Source: Candidatus Latescibacterota bacterium
GTDB lineage: Bacteria; Latescibacterota; UBA2968; GCA-2709665
Direction of reading: 5' to 3'
Assembly (NCBI GenBank): GCA_965248435.1
Contig: OZ252100.1
Coordinates: 2,624,001 to 2,688,000 of the forward strand
Length of the DNA stretch: 64,000 nucleotides
Position 1 is the first letter of the stretch. Each line of letters opens with the position of its first letter. This document shows, piece by piece, positions 59,291 through 64,000 of the stretch. A program made the position numbers and the translations under genes. The notes beneath the pieces are model-generated. The model was not told the DNA's origin. It saw only the letters and a program-made list of their open reading frames with translations, and did not search any database.

Positions 59291-60478
59291 TCATCTTTTT
59301 GACTCATCCCTCCGGGGAAGACAGAGGGCGACCAATGCGTTAAGCCCGGCCACGGCCCCTACCGAGAAGAAGAGTCCCGAGTAGCCAGTGTAGCTCCCGA
59401 TCCAACCGGATGCGATCGGACCCGAGAACATGCCGACCGCATACACGGCCTGGAAGAACCCCATCGCCGTTGCGCGATCCGAGTTTGGCAGACCTCTTAT
59501 CGCAAGGCTCATCAGTACTGGATAGGCAGCACCGCGCCCGAATCCAGACACAATCTGACTGATATAGAGAGGGCCAATGTGCTCGAGAAACGGGATCACC
59601 ACGGTCGCGCCTCCGATCCCAACCTGTCCCAATACGACAGTGATTCTTGGACCCAATCGCGGATAGATCCAGGAAATCGTCAGATATGAAACCACGGAGC
59701 CGGAAAGCGTCCCGAGCATCGTCAAAATGCCCAGTTCTGTTTTACTCGCCCCGATACTCTGTGCATACGTCGGTAAAAATCCGAATATCGTGGAGAAAAT
59801 AACATAATGTGTCAAGACCGCCACAGCGCTCGCGAGAACCAGGTCGCGATGGCCGAGGACACTTCGAAGTCGGTGAAATGAGGAGATACGCACCGCCGGA
59901 CTCGAAACCCGCTCCTTCACGAATCCCAGCGCCAGAAGCCCCACGAGGGCCACGAAAGCCGAAGCCCAGAACGGCGCCGTCCAGCCCCAGAGGTCGGCGA
60001 GGCGACCCCCGATAAACGAGGAAGCCATGACGGAAAGACCCTGGCAGATCGTAAGATAGCCCATGGCCCGAACGGTCTCTCGCGGTGGGTAATAGCTGGC
60101 GAAAAAGACAGAAAAGGCGACCCATGCCGATGCAGAGCAGCCGTGCATCAACCGCGCAACCAACATGAACCACGGGCCCGGGGCCACGACAAAACCGAGG
60201 CTGGCAAGCATGCAGGCAATGAATCCGAAGGCGAGAAAAGGCTTTCGTCTCCCGCTTCGATCCGAGACGATACCAACGGGGATGCGGAGCAGAATTTGTG
60301 CAAAACCATACGCGCTGAGGACGACGCCCGTGATGCTCAGTGTCCCACCGCTGTATTCCACATAAGGAGCGAGGATAGGTACAAATACGTACAAAGAGAC
60401 CCAGTAGAGGGAAGTGATGGCAACAAACACGGCCACGCCGCGTCGCGGCACTTCTGGCTTGTCAGACGCTTCTATCAC
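59291..60478 (-). CDS. MFS transporter (paralog of the neighbour)
   Basis: About 12 TM helices, GIVSDRSGRRK; shares ILAPYVE, SAYG.AQ, WVAF, SIGASK, ATAMGFFQ blocks with 58045-59274. Confidence 0.9.
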   Translation of the reverse strand: MIEASDKPEVPRRGVAVFVAITSLYWVSLYVFVPILAPYVEYSGGTLSITGVVLSAYGFAQILLRIPVGIVSDRSGRRKPFLAFGFIACMLASLGFVVAPGPWFMLVARLMHGCSASAWVAFSVFFASYYPPRETVRAMGYLTICQGLSVMASSFIGGRLADLWGWTAPFWASAFVALVGLLALGFVKERVSSPAVRISSFHRLRSVLGHRDLVLASAVAVLTHYVIFSTIFGFLPTYAQSIGASKTELGILTMLGTLSGSVVSYLTISWIYPRLGPRITVVLGQVGIGGATVVIPFLEHIGPLYISQIVSGFGRGAAYPVLMSLAIRGLPNSDRATAMGFFQAVYAVGMFSGPIASGWIGSYTGYSGLFFSVGAVAGLNALVALCLPRRDESKR

Positions 60479-60836
60479 GCGAGCCCATCCTCCGGGTAAC
60501 TTGCAGGGACAACACTGTCGAACAACAATAGGGTCCGGGATCTGGATCCCCGACCCTATTCCAAACGGTCACGCTGCGCCGAGGTGTTCGAATTGCTATG
60601 CGGATGGATCGTGAACTCCGTCCTCGATCCAGGCCTTCCGAGCGCCGAAAGGCAATTCATTTGGGATTTCGAATGAGGCAATTATCCATCCCACGGCTAA
60701 TTTACGGTCAAATCATGCCGGACTCAAGGCACAAAGCCAGACGCTCGGACCTTTTCCTTCCCTCCACGCAGCCCGAATTCTTAAATTTAGTCGTCACAAA
60801 TCTGCCCAGAATACACTCAGAAAGCAGGAGGACCCC

Positions 60837-61703
60837 GTGAAAAAGATAAAGGCACGCATCTTCGAAATCCTTACCGATCCCCCGGAAGGGGATCGTGTTG
60901 GAAATGTGATCTTTAACTCCATCCTCATCCTCATCGCCGTAAATGTCCTCGTATGTATCGTCGAAACGGTGGAATCTCTCGGGAAGGAATTTCCCGAATT
61001 CTTTTACTGGTTCGAAGTGATTTCAGTCGCCATCTTTACCGCGGAGTATGTTTTGCGCCTCTGGGCCTGCACGGCTTCGGGGCTCTACAGCGGGCCTGTG
61101 AGGGGTCGCGTGCGGCTGATCTTCAAGCCCATTTACCTGATCGATATCTTTGCGATCCTGCCCCTCTACCTGCAGGTGATCGTTCCGGGGCTCGACCTCC
61201 GCTTTGTGCGTGCCCTACGCCTTTTCCGGCTCTTCCGGCTCTTCCGCTTCGACAAGCTGACAGAATCTTTTCAGATGTTCAGCGTAGTACTCAGAAAGCG
61301 CTTCAATGAGCTCGTTATCAGTCTTGTGGTCGTATTCTTATCGGTGGTTATCGCCTCCTACGTAATGTATATGCTCGAGCACGGGGCACAGCCCGAGAAA
61401 TTTTCCAGTGTCCCCGCGGCAATGTGGTGGGGTATCGTTACCATGACGACGATCGGTTACGGCGACCTCTACCCGATTACACCTTCCGGGAAACTGGTTG
61501 GCGGAATCGTCGCCTTCTTCGGACTTTGTGTGCTGGCCCTGCCCATCGCCACCATCGGCGCCGGCTTCATGGATGAGATTCAGAGAAAAAGGTCAACGGA
61601 GTGGGGTAGACGAACTGGGGAGATGTCATCAGGACTTGAGTGTCCGCACTGCGGCAAGAGAATCCAGATGCGCGTTACTTCTGAGATAGGAGGGAACGGA
61701 TGA
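60837..61703 (+). CDS. Voltage-gated potassium channel-like ion transporter
   Basis: S4 RFVRALRLFRLFRLFR, pore TMTTIGYGD, C-terminal CPHCG. Confidence 0.93.
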   Translation: MKKIKARIFEILTDPPEGDRVGNVIFNSILILIAVNVLVCIVETVESLGKEFPEFFYWFEVISVAIFTAEYVLRLWACTASGLYSGPVRGRVRLIFKPIYLIDIFAILPLYLQVIVPGLDLRFVRALRLFRLFRLFRFDKLTESFQMFSVVLRKRFNELVISLVVVFLSVVIASYVMYMLEHGAQPEKFSSVPAAMWWGIVTMTTIGYGDLYPITPSGKLVGGIVAFFGLCVLALPIATIGAGFMDEIQRKRSTEWGRRTGEMSSGLECPHCGKRIQMRVTSEIGGNG

Positions 61704-62554
61704 CCGATCAGGTCAGTTACAGTACGGCCGGCTTTGGCGACAGAAACGTGGAGGCCGCCCTGGATGCCATCGCAGCGTCCGGGTATGACTACGCAGAAAT
61801 CGTTGGCCAGGAGCCGCACGTTGCGGAGCCCCTCATCGGGGGGGCCTTGCTAGAGTTTCGCGCCCGCCTGGAGCAGCGAGGGCTGGCCGGCGGGACCGTT
61901 CACGCCCCCCTGACGCGCAATGTACTGGGCGCTCCCGAAGAGGGATGGCGGCGTGAGAAAGTGGAAGTCCTGGGCGCTTATCTGCGATTCACCGCGGACC
62001 TGGGCTCCACTGCCATGGTCATCCACCCGGTCCCCAACCCCCGGTTTGTGCCAGAACCCGAACGGACCGAACTGCCGCATATCATGAACGAAGCCGCGCG
62101 CCGATCTCTCGACGATCTGGTTCCGCTTGCCACTGAAGTCGGCGTTCGTATCCTCCTGGAGAACCTGCCGTATAGGTGTGCTTATCCGCTGCTCGACATG
62201 ACGGAGCTGCGTTCACTCGTGGAACCCTACCCCCCGGAGGCGCTGGGACTCGTCATCGACACGGGTCACGCCTGGACACTCGGCAACGATCCGGCCGAAG
62301 AAATCCGGGCGGCGGGCTCACGTTTATGGGGCACGCACCTGCAGGATGTAGACTACGAGAACCCCCAGGACGATCACTGGATGCCCACACACGGCGGGCT
62401 GGATTGGGGAGCCGTTCGCGCCGCCCTGGAGGACGTGGGCTACGCCGGGCTGTGGACCTTCGAAGTCTCCGCGGGGCGTGCGGAAGAGACCCCGGAAGAA
62501 CTGGCTCGGCTAACTCGCCAAGTCGCAGTGGACTGGCAAACCGACGCATCTTGA
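61700..62554 (+). CDS. Sugar phosphate isomerase/epimerase
   Basis: HAP, VIHP, LENL, DTGH, HLQD, DDH..P..G..DW. Confidence 0.87.
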   Translation: MTDQVSYSTAGFGDRNVEAALDAIAASGYDYAEIVGQEPHVAEPLIGGALLEFRARLEQRGLAGGTVHAPLTRNVLGAPEEGWRREKVEVLGAYLRFTADLGSTAMVIHPVPNPRFVPEPERTELPHIMNEAARRSLDDLVPLATEVGVRILLENLPYRCAYPLLDMTELRSLVEPYPPEALGLVIDTGHAWTLGNDPAEEIRAAGSRLWGTHLQDVDYENPQDDHWMPTHGGLDWGAVRAALEDVGYAGLWTFEVSAGRAEETPEELARLTRQVAVDWQTDAS

Positions 62555-62563
62555 CTCGCCCAG

Positions 62564-63196
62564 CTACTCATCCCACACGGCCAGCAGCGCCTGGGAAGAC
62601 ACCACGTCGAGACCAATGGCGCGGAATTGCTTTAAGGCGGCTTCGTGCCCTTCGGGCCGCGGCGAGCGAACGCAATCTTCAACCACCACCGCGTAGTAGT
62701 CCTTGTTCGTCGCGTCCCAGACCGTGGCCTCCACGCACCAGTCCGTAGAGCATCCCACCAGAATGACACTTTCCCGCTGCAAGCTGCGCAGGAAGAGTTG
62801 AAAATCCGTCCCTTCGAAGGCACTGCCCCGATGTTTCGGGATGATAAAATCCCCGGATTCAGGTTCCAGACCGGGGTGTACCTGCATGAGCTCTTTGTCG
62901 GGGGCGAACCGGGATGCGAGCTGCTCCGGCGCGTTCCCCAGGTTCATCAACACCCGAATGTAGGCAGGCGAAATGTCCTGCAAGCCGGGACCGCGCTGGT
63001 TGTAGAAGAAAAACACAGGCAGGCCTGCGGCGCGGGCCGCCCGGGTCAGCGCCTTGACTTTGGCGAAAATGATCCCGTCGGAACCCTGCTCCCACATCGG
63101 GGAATTCTCGATGTCGATCACTGCCAGGACAGCACGCTCAGGCGACAAGACCTCGGCAATAGTCTGACAAACACGTTTGCCTTCGATTGTAAACAT
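62564..63196 (-). CDS. Isochorismatase-family cysteine hydrolase
   Basis: VID, K.R.SAF.GT, G..TDWCV..T..DA....Y. Confidence 0.9.
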   Translation of the reverse strand: MFTIEGKRVCQTIAEVLSPERAVLAVIDIENSPMWEQGSDGIIFAKVKALTRAARAAGLPVFFFYNQRGPGLQDISPAYIRVLMNLGNAPEQLASRFAPDKELMQVHPGLEPESGDFIIPKHRGSAFEGTDFQLFLRSLQRESVILVGCSTDWCVEATVWDATNKDYYAVVVEDCVRSPRPEGHEAALKQFRAIGLDVVSSQALLAVWDE

Positions 63197-63254
63197 AGGG
63201 TTTTCTCCTTGCAGTCAGCACTGGTGTGTCGATCAAACCTGGGTAAACTCGCCA

Positions 63255-63437
63255 GACCATTACGCCATCCACTTCTGCCTTGGGGCCCTGCTTGCCCGAC
63301 TCGAAGGTCGGATCGCCTTGAATAGCCTCTTTGGACGGTTCAGACACATGCGTCCGACGGTCGATCCCCTCGAATGGCAGGAAAACGATGTCTTTCGCAT
63401 TTTGAAAAAGCTGCCCATCGCGTTCGGAGCCGCATAG
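63255..63437 (+). pseudogene. Cytochrome P450 C-terminal remnant
   Basis: Heme-ligand motif IHFCLGALLARLEGRIAL and terminal FR.LKKLPI.F, with no upstream P450 body. Confidence 0.75.
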
Positions 63438-63485
63438 TCGGGTTCGTTGGTTTGAGGCGATCTACCGATTCGTTCTTTTACGATG

Positions 63486-63519
63486 CCCGGTACCCGTGTT
63501 TTGATTTCCCGGTACCCGG
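63486..63519 (+). repeat. Composite repeat, minimal copy
   Basis: cccggtacccgtgttttgatttcccggtacccgg, same unit as at 32078 and 36657. Confidence 0.75.
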
Positions 63520-63532
63520 ACTTCATAAGGCG

Positions 63533-63563
63533 AAGGGCCACACATTCCCGTGTGGCCCTTTTT
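63533..63563 (+). terminator. Rho-independent terminator
   Basis: aagggccacac-attccc-gtgtggccctt plus T-run. Confidence 0.8.
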
Positions 63564-63601
63564 GGTGCCCGCTGCTCAAATACTTTTCGTTTACTCCGAC
63601 C

Positions 63602-64000
63602 CTACTTCTCCTCTACCCGCACCGTGATTCTTACGGCGTAGATATTGAAGTGTGCATCCAGCCACCATTCTTCTCCCGTTCCGGCCTGGACCACTTCATT
63701 CGCGACCTTGATCCCCTTGCCTGGCATGCTGATATGCGGGTCGAGCTGTCCGTAGCCCATCACGGTGATCTTGCTGCAGTCAGGGAGTTCGAAATGCGCG
63801 CAAACGAGTCCAGAATGCCTGTTCCCCGTGTCGAACGCGTCGCTGGCACCCCACCCCATCAGGTGCTCACCCCAGAGGTCGTTCACTTTGAAGCGAACAC
63901 CGGGACGCGCCAGGTTCCACTCCAGAGGCTCGCCGTAAAGCAGTATCGTCGCGGGAGGAATGCAGGGGCTCCCGATCACATCCACACCGATGATCGGCTC
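63602..64000 (-). CDS. Hypothetical protein, 5' end outside the window
   Basis: Frame is open to the window edge; no recognisable motif. Confidence 0.5.
   Translation of the reverse strand, partial: EPIIGVDVIGSPCIPPATILLYGEPLEWNLARPGVRFKVNDLWGEHLMGWGASDAFDTGNRHSGLVCAHFELPDCSKITVMGYGQLDPHISMPGKGIKVANEVVQAGTGEEWWLDAHFNIYAVRITVRVEEK

Overview
A 64 kb, GC-rich bacterial chromosomal segment with no rRNA, tRNA, CRISPR array, transposase or prophage that I can support. Gene content (EF-hand/dockerin-like secreted proteins, ankyrin/TPR/FG-GAP/HEAT repeats, several PhyH dioxygenases) suggests an FCB-group lineage such as Latescibacterota; this is inference only. Housekeeping genes include pyrK-pyrD, rlpA, thiL, HIS6-type hisA, surE, thiI, ino1, hddA, ribH and astA-astB. 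The best candidate for an undescribed system is 19052-24515, a rewired phage-shock (Psp) locus. It has tandem PspF-like enhancer sites and a sigma54 promoter upstream of pspA. These are followed by a membrane-anchored winged-helix protein, a tiny membrane protein, an ECF sigma factor, a soluble TPR histidine kinase, and a PspF-like activator that carries a receiver domain and lacks the Trp used for PspA inhibition. Other notable signals: an operon flanked by two small proteins with FliF-C-terminus-like motifs around a catalytically dead GGDEF protein; a modular REP-containing repeat family sitting between convergent genes; an OxyR-like four-tetrad operator between a Cys-free LysR and ino1; an unlisted 44-aa membrane ORF with its own RBS and terminator; a heptose-kinase/GT2/GT-C glycosylation cluster; and four decayed genes. 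All family assignments are by motif recognition, not by database search.
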